A stretch of 37,227 nucleotides of DNA from a bacterium (GTDB taxonomy: Bacteria; RBG-13-61-14; DATKZS01). Below the pieces are notes generated by a model. It was not told where the DNA came from, did not search any database, and saw only the letters and a program-made list of their open reading frames with translations. The DNA lies in contig JAWOBU010000199.1 of the NCBI GenBank assembly GCA_046484135.1, forward strand, positions 1 through 37,227, read 5' to 3'. Position numbers and translations under genes: made by a program. Below are positions 15,910 through 25,370 of the stretch, in pieces. How positions within the stretch are numbered: position 1 is the first letter of the stretch; every line of letters starts with the position of its first letter.

Positions 15910-17655
15910 ATGGAAGAGAAAACAGTAGAAAGGCCCCTGACCGAAAAGCACAAATGGATCGTGCCGGCTGTTGCCCTGCTCATCATCACGGCCCACCTGG
16001 CACTGCTCATAAGCTCCGCCCGCCACAAGTCCCATACCTCGGACGAGCCCTTCCACCTCGCTCGAGGCGTAGCCGCGATAATCACCGGCGATTTCCGGAC
16101 CAGCGTGGCCCATCCTCCGCTCGTTAACATGATATGCGCGCTGCCCCTTACCATGGCCTACGATTTCAGCATTCCCACGAGCCATCCGGTCTGGACGAGC
16201 CGGAAATTCGAGCCCCCATCCCGAAAGATCGCACTGGCCAGACACTTCCTGTACGGGAACCCCCATTACCTTGACATTGTTTCCCGCGGAAGGGTCCCCG
16301 TAATGATACTGAGCGCGCTCCTGGCGGTGATACTGGGAGTTTGGGCAGGAAGACTCTTCGGTGCCCCCGCCGGACTCATGGCAATGGCCCTTTACTGCTT
16401 CTCGCCCACCATGCTCGCACATGCGCGGCTGTCAACCACTGACACCGGCTGCGCCTTCTTCACCCTGCTGTTCGCCGCCTCCTTCTGCCGGTACCTGCGA
16501 AGTCCAAAGCCGCACTCCCTCTTCCTGGCCGGAGTGACACTCGGCCTGGCCCAGTTGTCCAAGTATACCTGTATCATACTCGTTCCCCTGGTGCCCCTGG
16601 TGCTCATCATCGAGCGGGAAAGGCTGCTAAAGAACAAAGAAGACCTTTCCGAAAACGGCGAAAGACCTCTTTATCCCGGCTGGATACTCTCTTCCCTTGT
16701 CATCTTCTTAATCGGGTTCCTGGTGTTATGGGCGGGCTACGGGTTCGAGATGGAAGGGTTCCATGAGCTTACCATGACCGGCAACATGGCATCCGTCTCC
16801 CGGCCCGGACTGCTCCTGAAACAAGCTGTGGTAAAGGGCCTCGCTTTTGTAAACCCGCCCCCGGAAACATACTTTTACGGGCTCTCCCAGACGCTCCTCG
16901 AAACCGCGGCCCATCCCAAGCCTCTTTTCTTCCTGGGGCAGGTCTCGCAAGAAGGATGGTGGTACTACTATCCGGTGCTCTTTCTTATGAAAGAGCCGGT
17001 GGCCCTGCTTCTTCTCATAGCCGCCGGCCTGCTGACCCTGAAGCGGGAGCCCGCTTTTCAAAGGCCGGAGAAAACCGTGGCCCTGGCCGTCAGCCTTTCC
17101 TTCCTTTTCGCTTTCATGTTCTTGAACCAGAAAAACATCGGTATCCGGCACCTGCTTCCGATCTACCCCTTCCTGTTCCTGTGGCTGGCCCGGCTGGCCC
17201 GGGTGCGGCTCCGGCGGGGCTTTTTTCCCGCCGCGGCCTGGATACTGGTGGCCGCAATTGCACTCCGAGCCTTTATTATCCACCCTGACTACCTGGTCCA
17301 TTTCAACCACCTGGTAGGAGGGCCGCGAGGAGGTCTGAAGCTCTCCGTAGTAGGGGAAGACTGGGGGCAGGACGTAGCGGCCCTCGGAAAGTTCTGCCGG
17401 AAAAAAGACATACAAAAAATCTATTACAAACATTACGGGACCGCCGACCCCGAAGCTTACGGGGTGCCTTATGCAAAGTACAGGTGTAACATGAAAGAGC
17501 CCGGCTGGTACGCCTTCCACGTGGTAGACCTTAGGAGGGGAGGACACAAGAGAAGGGAAGAATGCTACCGCCCCTTCATGAACAGGGAACCGGAGGCCAT
17601 ACTGCACCACACCATTTACGTGTATAAGCTGGAAAAATACAAAAGCGGCGGATGA
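15910..17655 (+). CDS. GT-C fold glycosyltransferase (ArnT/PMT-like, GT83/GT39)
   Basis: TSDEPFH acidic loop, HPPL, FSPTMLAHARLSTTD, LAQLSKY, GWWYYYP, IGIRHLLP, DWGQD; multi-TM. Confidence 0.85.
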   Translation: MEEKTVERPLTEKHKWIVPAVALLIITAHLALLISSARHKSHTSDEPFHLARGVAAIITGDFRTSVAHPPLVNMICALPLTMAYDFSIPTSHPVWTSRKFEPPSRKIALARHFLYGNPHYLDIVSRGRVPVMILSALLAVILGVWAGRLFGAPAGLMAMALYCFSPTMLAHARLSTTDTGCAFFTLLFAASFCRYLRSPKPHSLFLAGVTLGLAQLSKYTCIILVPLVPLVLIIERERLLKNKEDLSENGERPLYPGWILSSLVIFLIGFLVLWAGYGFEMEGFHELTMTGNMASVSRPGLLLKQAVVKGLAFVNPPPETYFYGLSQTLLETAAHPKPLFFLGQVSQEGWWYYYPVLFLMKEPVALLLLIAAGLLTLKREPAFQRPEKTVALAVSLSFLFAFMFLNQKNIGIRHLLPIYPFLFLWLARLARVRLRRGFFPAAAWILVAAIALRAFIIHPDYLVHFNHLVGGPRGGLKLSVVGEDWGQDVAALGKFCRKKDIQKIYYKHYGTADPEAYGVPYAKYRCNMKEPGWYAFHVVDLRRGGHKRREECYRPFMNREPEAILHHTIYVYKLEKYKSGG

Positions 17656-17665
17656 AACAAATGGT

Positions 17666-17890
17666 TTGCATACCTTGAATTGATGTGTCATAATAAGGGC
17701 AAAAGATTAAAAACACATTAAAAAATTGCGCAGAGCATAAGAGGGGGAAGTGATTCTTTCTTTGTTCAGGGAAAGGGGAATCGACTTATTTTGACTACCG
17801 GCTTTCGAACGACCGCTCCGGCGGCCCGGGCCGGCGTCCGGGCAATCATTCCGTAAGGAGACCGGTTTGCGGAAATTGCCCTCTTTTGCC
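17666..17890 (+). ncRNA. Candidate small RNA or structured long leader upstream of sgmX-like gene
   Basis: TTGCAT-N17-CATAAT (17666-17694); hairpin 17840-17881 followed by TCTTTT; no convincing ORF in the 396-bp gap. Confidence 0.3.
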
Positions 17891-17974
17891 TTGAACCTGG
17901 AAATTTTCCGAATCCTTTGCAATTGATCTCGCATCCAACACAACCAGGGAAGAAGGGGAAGGGCTTTTTGGCTC

Positions 17975-18003
17975 TTGACCGCGGAATGAGTATACATTAA
18001 GAT
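17975..18003 (+). promoter_or_regulatory. Sigma70-type promoter for sgmX-like gene
   Basis: TTGACC-N17-TAAGAT; GGGAG RBS downstream. Confidence 0.6.
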
Positions 18004-18051
18004 ATGTTAATGATTCGCTTTCTCTATAGGGGAGAGGGAGCCTGTTAAGTA

Positions 18052-21000
18052 ATGGCGAAGAATACCGGTAATAAAGACAAGTTCATCTCCAAGGCCCAGA
18101 CCTTTATCAAACGGGGCAAGATGGACAACGCCATCAAGGAGTATCAGAACGCCCTGGAGGTGGACAAGAAGGACGTGCGGGTCCTCCAGAAGCTGGGCGA
18201 GCTTTACTCCCGGAAGAACCAGAAGAAAGAAGCCATTGATTACTTAAGCAAGGCCGCCCAGTATCTTTACAAGGACGGCTTTTACTCCAAGGCGGTCGCC
18301 CTTTACAGCCAGATACTGAAGGTTGACGAAGACCAGATAGACGCGGTAAAGAGCCTGGGCGACTGTTACATGAAGCTGGGTTTGAACGCCCAGGCCATGG
18401 CCCAGTTCAAGAAGATAGCAAGCCAGTACGAGAAGGAGGGCAAGCTCCAGGAAGCGCTGGACATCACCCAGAACATGCTGGACATGGACCCCAGAAACCA
18501 CGTCCTCGCAACCAAGCTCGCCGAACTCTACTACAAGCTGGGAAAGAAAGACGAAGGATACCAGTCCTTCATGCGCGCACTCGACCAGCTCCACGAAGAC
18601 GGCCACTACGAGCAGTACGTGAAGCTCCGGGAAAAGCTCATCAAGATAGACCCCGAAAACATGGAGAACTTAAAGGAGCTGGCACCCGTCTACACCGAGC
18701 ACGAGCAGTGGGAGAAAGCCTATGCCGTGCTCGCCCGCATCTGCAAGAACGAGCCGGAGGAACTCGAGTACTTAAGCCAGCTCGCCAACGTCGCCCTCAA
18801 GGTGGGAAGGCCGGAAGAGGCGGCCAACACCTGGAAAGAAGTGGCCAGAATCTACAAGTCCAGGGGCCTCAGGCAGAAAGCAAAGGACTCCCTCCGCAAG
18901 GTCCTGAAAATAAAGCCCGACGACCAGGACGCCCTTGCCGTGGTGGGAAAGGAAGAACACTCCCTCGAGGAAGAACCCCAGGAAGTGGAAGAGGTTATTG
19001 AAGAGCCCCTCGAAGTGCTGGACGAGGATGAAGAAGAAGAAACCGCGGCCGCAGGCGATGAAGAGGTGGTGATTGACTCCGGCGCGCCCGTGGAAGCGGG
19101 AGGAGAAGAGGAAGACGAAGAAGCCGAGGGCATGTCCGAGTCGCAGATAATGGAGCACCTTACCGAGGCAGGCGTATATCTTAAGTACGGTCTCAAGGAC
19201 AAGTCACTCACCCACGTAAGAAAGGTCCTTCAGGCAGACCCCCAGAACCTGAAAGCAAGACAGGTCTTAAAAGACATACACCTCGAATCAGGGGACACGG
19301 CAGAAGCCATAAAAGAGCTGGAAAAGATCACCCGCCTCGCCAACTCCGCCGGCGAGGCGGAAACCGCCCGCAAAGCAGTCGAGGACTGGCTCCGGCTGGA
19401 CCCGGAGAACGCCAAGGCCAAACAGATGTACTCCGAGATAGCCGAGGCACCGGTAGAGACCGAAGAGATATCAGCAGCCGAGATAGTGGCGGATGAGGAA
19501 GAGGAGCTGGAAGCTCCTGCCGCGGAAGAGGACATACCCCTGGAAACTCCGCAGGAGAGCGCGCCGGAAGAGGATGACGCTATAGCGGTGGAGGCCGAAG
19601 AAGAGTTCGAAGAGCCCGAAGAAATAATAGAGGCGGAGGAAGAAGAAGTTACGCCTCTGACCCAAGAGGTCTCCATGGGAGCGGAAGAAGCGGGGGCGGC
19701 CGAGGGACCCCAAGAAGCGGAGGCCGTGGAGGAAGAACACCCGGCCCTGCCGGAAGATGATGAAGATACCGGGCCCGTCGAGGTGGCAACGCAAGAGGAA
19801 GAGCCGGCACCGGAGTCCGAAGAAGTGGTCATGGAAGAAGAGGAGGAACCGGCTCCCGCAAAACAAGAAGAGGTCTCCGAACCCGCCCCGGCAAAAGCGG
19901 AAGAACCCGCACCACCAGCAGGAGAACACCCCTCCCGGGATTTCTCCGAGGAGCTGGACGAAGCCGAGTTTTACCTCCAACACGGCCTGCCCGACGAGGC
20001 CAAAAAAATCTATGCCGCCGTGCTGGAAAAAGACTCCGGCAACCAGACCGCGCTTAAAAAACTAAACGAGCTGGCAGAACAGGAAACCGAAGAGGTCGTC
20101 ATAACCGAAGAAGAAGCAACCGTAGGCTTCATGGAGGAACCGGAAGCCACCGGGCCTGAAGCGCCGCGGACGGCAACCCCGGAGCCGGTAGCACCGCCGT
20201 CGCAACCCGAGGCTCAACAAGCACCGACCGAACCGGAACCGCCCCCGGTCGAGCAGGAACAGACCATGAACGAGCTGCCGGCCGAAGAAGAACCGGTGGT
20301 GCCGGAACCGCCGCCCCCTGAACCGGAAGCCGAAGCCGCGCCGGAGCCGGAAGCTGAAGCAAGTGAGGAAGAAGTCCAGGTACCGGCCGAACCGGCCATG
20401 CCCGCGGAGTTGGAGGCCGAAGCAGAACCTGAGCCCGCCGACATGGAAGCCGAATTAGAAGCGGAGGTCGAGGCGGAAGCCGGACCCCTCGCGGAAGAAG
20501 AGGAAGTTGCGACTGAAGAAGAAGAGGAGCCGGAACCTGTTGCTCCGCCCCCGCCGCCTGCACCGGCAAAGACGCCTCCGTCACCGGCAGAACCTTCGCA
20601 GCCTGAAGAAAAGTTCGACCTGAAAAAAGAGATGGAAGGGGAAGAGGAAGGCTTCTTTATAGAACCTTCCGCGCCGCCCGGAGACGACCTGTTCGGGTCC
20701 GCGGGAGAGGATGAAGAGCTCTTTGACCTGGCCGCGGAGCTGGAAAAAGAGGACGACCTCGAGATGGAAGGCCCCGGATTCGGAATGGGAAGCACCTCCG
20801 AGGAGTTCAGCTTCGAAGCCACCCTGAGCGCCTTTAAAAAGGGAGTGGCCCAGACCGTGTCCGAACAGGACTCCCATACCCACTTCGACCTCGCCATCGC
20901 CTACAGGGAAATGGGCCTTTACGATGAAGCCATACAATCGTTTTTTACTGCGTCCGGAGACCCCTCCAAGTACTCCGAATGCATGCTGCTCGTCTCCATG

Positions 21001-21450
21001 ATCTTCCGGGAAAAAGGAGACCTGGAAAAAGCCGTACAGACGGCCGCAGCCGCCCTGGGATCGGATAATGTAAGGGAACAGGACCTGGCAGGGCTCTACT
21101 CCGAGCTGGGGAAAGCTCTCAAGGAAAAAGGAGAAAACCCCAAAGCATTGTGGTCGTTGCAAAAGACAAAAGAGACCGATCCCTCCTTCCCCGAAATTGA
21201 CGGGCTCATCTCCGAGCTGGAAGGTGTATCACCCGAGCCCGTTTCCCTGGGCCCCGAAGAGGATGCTGCCGCGCCGGAGTCATCTAAGGAGGCCCCTTCT
21301 CCGCCACTACCGGCCGGGCCTCCGCCTACCCGCGATAAAACCTCCTGGGAAAACGCGGCCCTGGACGAGTCCAATCAAGCAGGCGCCGACGCCGAAGAGG
21401 CAGAGGACGAAAGCAAAAAGAAGAAAAGAAAGAAGATCTCCTACGTATAG
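18052..21450 (+). CDS. sgmX: SgmX-like tetratricopeptide-repeat protein (MglA effector / type IV pilus polarity)
   Basis: N-terminal TPR array (AIKEYQ..L..D.KDVRVLQKLGELY; DGFYSKAVALY), long Glu/Pro-rich linker, C-terminal TPRs (FKKGV...THFDLAIAYREMGLYDEAI), ends KKISYV; matches my recollection of Myxococcus SgmX architecture. Confidence 0.72.
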   Translation: MAKNTGNKDKFISKAQTFIKRGKMDNAIKEYQNALEVDKKDVRVLQKLGELYSRKNQKKEAIDYLSKAAQYLYKDGFYSKAVALYSQILKVDEDQIDAVKSLGDCYMKLGLNAQAMAQFKKIASQYEKEGKLQEALDITQNMLDMDPRNHVLATKLAELYYKLGKKDEGYQSFMRALDQLHEDGHYEQYVKLREKLIKIDPENMENLKELAPVYTEHEQWEKAYAVLARICKNEPEELEYLSQLANVALKVGRPEEAANTWKEVARIYKSRGLRQKAKDSLRKVLKIKPDDQDALAVVGKEEHSLEEEPQEVEEVIEEPLEVLDEDEEEETAAAGDEEVVIDSGAPVEAGGEEEDEEAEGMSESQIMEHLTEAGVYLKYGLKDKSLTHVRKVLQADPQNLKARQVLKDIHLESGDTAEAIKELEKITRLANSAGEAETARKAVEDWLRLDPENAKAKQMYSEIAEAPVETEEISAAEIVADEEEELEAPAAEEDIPLETPQESAPEEDDAIAVEAEEEFEEPEEIIEAEEEEVTPLTQEVSMGAEEAGAAEGPQEAEAVEEEHPALPEDDEDTGPVEVATQEEEPAPESEEVVMEEEEEPAPAKQEEVSEPAPAKAEEPAPPAGEHPSRDFSEELDEAEFYLQHGLPDEAKKIYAAVLEKDSGNQTALKKLNELAEQETEEVVITEEEATVGFMEEPEATGPEAPRTATPEPVAPPSQPEAQQAPTEPEPPPVEQEQTMNELPAEEEPVVPEPPPPEPEAEAAPEPEAEASEEEVQVPAEPAMPAELEAEAEPEPADMEAELEAEVEAEAGPLAEEEEVATEEEEEPEPVAPPPPPAPAKTPPSPAEPSQPEEKFDLKKEMEGEEEGFFIEPSAPPGDDLFGSAGEDEELFDLAAELEKEDDLEMEGPGFGMGSTSEEFSFEATLSAFKKGVAQTVSEQDSHTHFDLAIAYREMGLYDEAIQSFFTASGDPSKYSECMLLVSMIFREKGDLEKAVQTAAAALGSDNVREQDLAGLYSELGKALKEKGENPKALWSLQKTKETDPSFPEIDGLISELEGVSPEPVSLGPEEDAAAPESSKEAPSPPLPAGPPPTRDKTSWENAALDESNQAGADAEEAEDESKKKKRKKISYV
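19480..20790 (+). repeat. Low-complexity acidic Glu/Pro/Ala linker with degenerate repeats inside the TPR protein
   Basis: Repeated EEEEPAP/EPAPAK/EPEAEA units. Confidence 0.6.
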
Positions 21451-21516
21451 ACCGACATCGGACTTCCCCTCCTCGTTCACTAAGTCTTTTAACAACTCGC
21501 CATGGCCGTGGTTGCC

Positions 21517-21545
21517 TTGACAGAGGGAGAGGCGCGCAATAGAAT
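21517..21545 (+). promoter_or_regulatory. Near-consensus sigma70 promoter for romX-rluD-pgeF
   Basis: TTGACA-N17-TAGAAT; AGGAGG RBS before ATG 21604. Confidence 0.75.
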
Positions 21546-21603
21546 AACGTATGGGTATGTGGTACATTCGGACAGGCTCATGCGGGGCAGGAGGCTTTAT
21601 TAA

Positions 21604-21873
21604 ATGCCGGAGAAGATAACCGATCCGCAAAGGGCCCGCCGGCTGGCGCGGGCGATTGTTTCCGATATCCTTTTATACAATCCCGAGAAGATCGAAGAAG
21701 GCATCAAGAACGACAGCCTTTTCGAGTCTTTGGAGGATGAGCTGGAGGAAGGCCGCGAGCTTTATAAAAGCCGGGTGGCCCCCGAGATCACGGACCACCA
21801 CAACTTCTTCGACTTGGCTGTTGTGGACGTACTGTTCAAATACACCGGAAAGTACGAATCCCATATCTGGTAA
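21604..21873 (+). CDS. romX: RomX-like polarity protein (RomR/RomX GEF for MglA)
   Basis: 89 aa: ARRLARAIVSDILLYN..KI.EGI.ND.LFE.L.DELEEGRELYKSRV...NFF..A...ES.IW, matching the RomX pattern as I recall it. Confidence 0.8.
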   Translation: MPEKITDPQRARRLARAIVSDILLYNPEKIEEGIKNDSLFESLEDELEEGRELYKSRVAPEITDHHNFFDLAVVDVLFKYTGKYESHIW

Positions 21874-21878
21874 GAGCC

Positions 21879-22868
21879 TTGCCCGAGTTCACCATCCAGG
21901 CTGAAAACCTGAAAGAGCCGGTCCGGGTGGACAAACTCCTTTCCGATCATTTCCCCTCGATCTCCCGCTCCGCCTGGAAAAGATTATTCCAGGAGGGACG
22001 CATCACCGTAAACGGCTTTGTGGCCAAGCCGTCCACCAGGGTCCATAACGGCGACGTAGTCACCGGCGAAATGCCCGGCTTGCAAAGCACAGCCATCGAG
22101 CCCGAGCCTCTCCCTCTTAACATAGTTTACGAAGACGCCGACATAGTGGTCATTGACAAGCCGGCCGGACTCATTACCCATCCTTCCCCCAACCGACTGC
22201 ACGGCACCCTGGTGAACGCCCTGCTTCATCACTGCAACGAGCTATCCACTACCGGGGGCAGGATGAAACCGGGGATAGTCCACCGGCTGGATAAGCTGAC
22301 CTCCGGAGTCATGGTGGCCGCCAAAACCGACCAGGCGCACGAGGCCCTGGCGCGCCAGTTCAAAGAGCACACCATAAGCCGGAAGTACCTGGCCCTGGTC
22401 CATGGAGAACCCCGGCAACTGTCCGGCACCCTCGAAAGCCCCATCAGCAGGAACCCCAAACACCGGCTCAAGATGACCGGACAGGCAGAACAAGGCAGGA
22501 AGGCGCTCACCCGCTATCGCCTGCTTTCCGCCTCGGAAGGGCTGAGCCTGGTCGAGCTCGAACTCCACACCGGCAGGACCCATCAAATCAGGGTCCATCT
22601 GTCCGAGATGAACCATCCCGTGGTCGGAGACGCCCTGTACGGCAAAGGCAGGACACTGCCGGCAAGATTGGACCCGCAAACACGCTCCGCCCTCCGCCAA
22701 CTGAAAAGACAGGCCCTCCACGCCTATCACCTCGGGTTCCTCCATCCTTGCACCAGCGAACCCATGGCCTTTGAATCGCCTCTGCCACAAGATATGAAAG
22801 CGGCAGTGAAAGCCCTGGGACTGGAAAAGAACCTGCACCTGCCGGATACGCCCGCAAGGATCAAATGA
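21879..22868 (+). CDS. rluD: 23S rRNA pseudouridine synthase RluD (S4 + RluA domain)
   Basis: S4 domain, IVYED..IVVIDKPAG, GIVHRLDKLTSG, TGRTHQIRVH, RQALHA; TTG start. Confidence 0.92.
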   Translation: MPEFTIQAENLKEPVRVDKLLSDHFPSISRSAWKRLFQEGRITVNGFVAKPSTRVHNGDVVTGEMPGLQSTAIEPEPLPLNIVYEDADIVVIDKPAGLITHPSPNRLHGTLVNALLHHCNELSTTGGRMKPGIVHRLDKLTSGVMVAAKTDQAHEALARQFKEHTISRKYLALVHGEPRQLSGTLESPISRNPKHRLKMTGQAEQGRKALTRYRLLSASEGLSLVELELHTGRTHQIRVHLSEMNHPVVGDALYGKGRTLPARLDPQTRSALRQLKRQALHAYHLGFLHPCTSEPMAFESPLPQDMKAAVKALGLEKNLHLPDTPARIK

Positions 22869-23614
22869 TGAATCAAAGCAGTACACCCGGCCGCCGGAAC
22901 GATCTCCGACTGTTCCGTCTTTCCATGCTTGAAGTCCCCGGCGTGCTCCATGCCTTCGGCAGCAGGGACACCGGCACCGGCGCTGGTGTGGCCCGCAGAC
23001 GCATCAAAAACGCATTCCCCGAGATCGAAGAGCTTTGCACCATAAAGCAGGTCCACGGAAGCCGGGTGGTGGAGGCCCGATCAGCCGGCGATGCGCGCGG
23101 GCTTAGAAACACGCACGCCGACGCCATTGTGAGTAACGCCAAGGGGCTGGCCCTGTGCGTGCGCACCGCGGACTGCGTGCCCGTGTTGGTCCTTGACCCC
23201 CGAGGAAAAGCAACAGCAGCGGTCCACGCCGGCTGGAAAGGCACCGCCGCGCGGGTGGCGGCCGAGGCCGTAAAAACCATGCAACGCCTGTACGGCTCGG
23301 AGCCCGCCTCGCTCCGGGCCGGCATCGGACCTTGCATCTGTCCCCCCCATTACCAGGTGGACGGACCGGTCATAGAGGCTGTAGAAAAAGGATTAGGGGA
23401 AAAGAGCCAAGCAGTGCTTTTCCCGGAAGATGAAAACCACGCCCGGCTCGACCTTGTAAAAGCCAACCGCATCGTACTGGAGGAGGCAGGCATCCCTGCG
23501 GAAAACATTGAAGAGCTGGGCCTTTGCACCTGGTGCCGGCCGGAGCTCTTTTTCTCCTACCGTCGGGAGGGAAAAGGAGTGCCCTCCTTGTACCACTTCA
23601 TCATGATCGCCTGA
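22865..23614 (+). CDS. pgeF: Peptidoglycan editing factor PgeF (YfiH family)
   Basis: QVHG, TADCVP, HAGWKG, IGPCI, FSYRR; coupled to rluD as in the widespread rluD-yfiH operon. Confidence 0.9.
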   Translation: MMNQSSTPGRRNDLRLFRLSMLEVPGVLHAFGSRDTGTGAGVARRRIKNAFPEIEELCTIKQVHGSRVVEARSAGDARGLRNTHADAIVSNAKGLALCVRTADCVPVLVLDPRGKATAAVHAGWKGTAARVAAEAVKTMQRLYGSEPASLRAGIGPCICPPHYQVDGPVIEAVEKGLGEKSQAVLFPEDENHARLDLVKANRIVLEEAGIPAENIEELGLCTWCRPELFFSYRREGKGVPSLYHFIMIA

Positions 23615-23721
23615 CCTGCCTTATCTCCAAAAACAGGTGTTTCGCTTCGGTTGGTAAAGTACACGAAGAAGGCCGGATGGTTTGATGCCGGAGGGATGCG
23701 GCCAACATCTTTTACAATGTA

Positions 23722-23773
23722 CCTGCAGACCCACTTCGTGAGTCTGCCCACACAAAAAGTTGTGTGGGCCATC
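23722..23773. repeat. 52-nt double-hairpin intergenic repeat, copy 2
   Basis: CCTGCAG-ACCCAC-TTC-GTGAGT-CTGCCCACACAAAAAGTTGTGTGGGCCATC; aligns to 3045-3096. Confidence 0.8.
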
Positions 23774-23887
23774 ATGGTGGCCGACTGGTGTAGTCCATTT
23801 GACAAAGGAGAGTTGTAGAAACGATTGGAAGCACAGAGAAACGTCCTGCTTGCCGGAGACGCTGATGGAGGGAATGACCGGTCATAA

Positions 23888-23905
23888 AAAATGGGGGAAC
23901 TTCAC
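23888..23905. repeat. Third copy of the 18-bp repeat
   Basis: AAAATGGGGGAACTTCAC identical to 2954-2971. Confidence 0.7.
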
Positions 23906-23916
23906 CCGCCATTCGA

Positions 23917-23945
23917 TTGAGACCCCCCATGCCTTATGCTATCTT
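23917..23945 (+). promoter_or_regulatory. Sigma70-type promoter for sulfatase-like gene
   Basis: TTGAGA-N17-TATCTT with TG extension; AGGAGG RBS. Confidence 0.55.
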
Positions 23946-23965
23946 TATTAATAGGAGGGCTGAAC

Positions 23966-25288
23966 ATGAGACGAATTATTTGTGCGTGCCTTATCATGTT
24001 AGTCGCGGTGATTGTCTGCCCTTTTACCAAGCGCGGACAAAGCGCAAGCCCGAAAAACGTGATCTTTATTACCGTGGACACCCTGCGCGCCGACCGGCTG
24101 GGATGTTACGGGTACAAGCATGACACCTCGCCCCATATAGACGAGTTCGTGAAAAAGGGCGTGGTTTTTGACGACGCCACCTGCAACATACCGCTCACCA
24201 CCCCCAGCTTCGCTTCCCTGTTCACCTCCCGCTACCCGCACCAGGTCGGGTCCATCAGAAACGGCATCCCCATGGTGGACGGAGTGAAACCCCTGGCCTC
24301 CATGTTCAAGGAAAACGGATATTACACCGCAGCCATACTGTCCAACTGGCCTTTGAAAGCACACCTGTCCAACCTCCAGCAGGGGTTCGACCTTTACGAG
24401 GACAGCTTCGAACAGAAACGGTATCTGTTCATAAACGACGAGCGGGACGCCGAGACCGTGTCCGACCTGGCCCTGAAATGGCTCGATAAAAAGCCCGACG
24501 AGCCCTTCTTCGCCTGGATACATTACAGCGACCCCCATGCGCCCTACGTCCGCCACAAGAAGTTCCTGTTCTCCCACGACTACACTGACAGCGCCAACTA
24601 CGACAGCGAGGTCGCCTACACCGACCACCACATCGGCCGCCTGATTGACAAGATTGAAGAGATGGACCTTCTGGACCGCTCGCTTATTATCTTTACCGCG
24701 GACCACGGCGAGAGCCTGGGCGAGCATAACTACACCGGCCACGGTCGTAAGGTCTACCAGCCCGGCATGCACATACCACTGGCTGTTATGGGACCGGGCA
24801 TTCCCGCCGGCAAAAGAGAAGACAGCCTGGTCGAGCTCCTGGACCTGGCGCCGACCGTCCTTGCTTACGCCGGCATGGAACCCGCGGAAGACATGCTGGG
24901 CACCAACCTTCTGCCCTGCATTCGCGGAGAAAAAGAATGCCCCCGCGACCGGACCGTTTTTTACGAGACCTTTGCAGGGGCCGCTCCCAACATCGAAGGG
25001 GCCGACAAGTTCCTGACCAAGCCCATCTACGTGGGACTGCGGCATGACAACATCAAGCTCATGTACAGAGTCCGCTACAGCAAATGGGAAAGGTACGACA
25101 TAAAGAAAGACCCCGACGAAGAAAACAACCTCGTTGACGTGGGAGACCCCGACTTCCAGAAAGAGTCGGACCGGCTCATGGAATGGTACGGCAAGTGGGA
25201 AGGCGACGCTGTGGTAGGCGAGACCGGCGCCATGACCGAAGAAGACCGCAAGAAGTTCGAAGCGCTGGGATATATAGACAACCCTTGA
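23966..25288 (+). CDS. Exported sulfatase-like/alkaline phosphatase superfamily protein (non-canonical active site)
   Basis: N-terminal signal/anchor, NVIFITVDTLRAD, PLTTPSFASLFT, HYSDPHAPY, ADHGE, ALGY C-terminus; start ATG 23966. Confidence 0.87.
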   Translation: MRRIICACLIMLVAVIVCPFTKRGQSASPKNVIFITVDTLRADRLGCYGYKHDTSPHIDEFVKKGVVFDDATCNIPLTTPSFASLFTSRYPHQVGSIRNGIPMVDGVKPLASMFKENGYYTAAILSNWPLKAHLSNLQQGFDLYEDSFEQKRYLFINDERDAETVSDLALKWLDKKPDEPFFAWIHYSDPHAPYVRHKKFLFSHDYTDSANYDSEVAYTDHHIGRLIDKIEEMDLLDRSLIIFTADHGESLGEHNYTGHGRKVYQPGMHIPLAVMGPGIPAGKREDSLVELLDLAPTVLAYAGMEPAEDMLGTNLLPCIRGEKECPRDRTVFYETFAGAAPNIEGADKFLTKPIYVGLRHDNIKLMYRVRYSKWERYDIKKDPDEENNLVDVGDPDFQKESDRLMEWYGKWEGDAVVGETGAMTEEDRKKFEALGYIDNP

Positions 25289-25370
25289 AAAAGTCCCGGG
25301 CCCGGTGCCTGCCGGTGCCGCCCCTCTGCCATAACCGCCTGCAACACACTTCTTAAAACCCGGAGTATGC

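Noticed and set aside
17850..17895. c-di-GMP-I riboswitch on the minus strand (GGCAAA...CGCAAA)
   Set aside because: Spacing too short, no GNRA-capped P2 stem, and wrong orientation for sgmX.
23557..23951. Small ORFs or transposase remnant in the pgeF-sulfatase gap
   Set aside because: No recognisable motifs; the ORFs run across the repeat elements.
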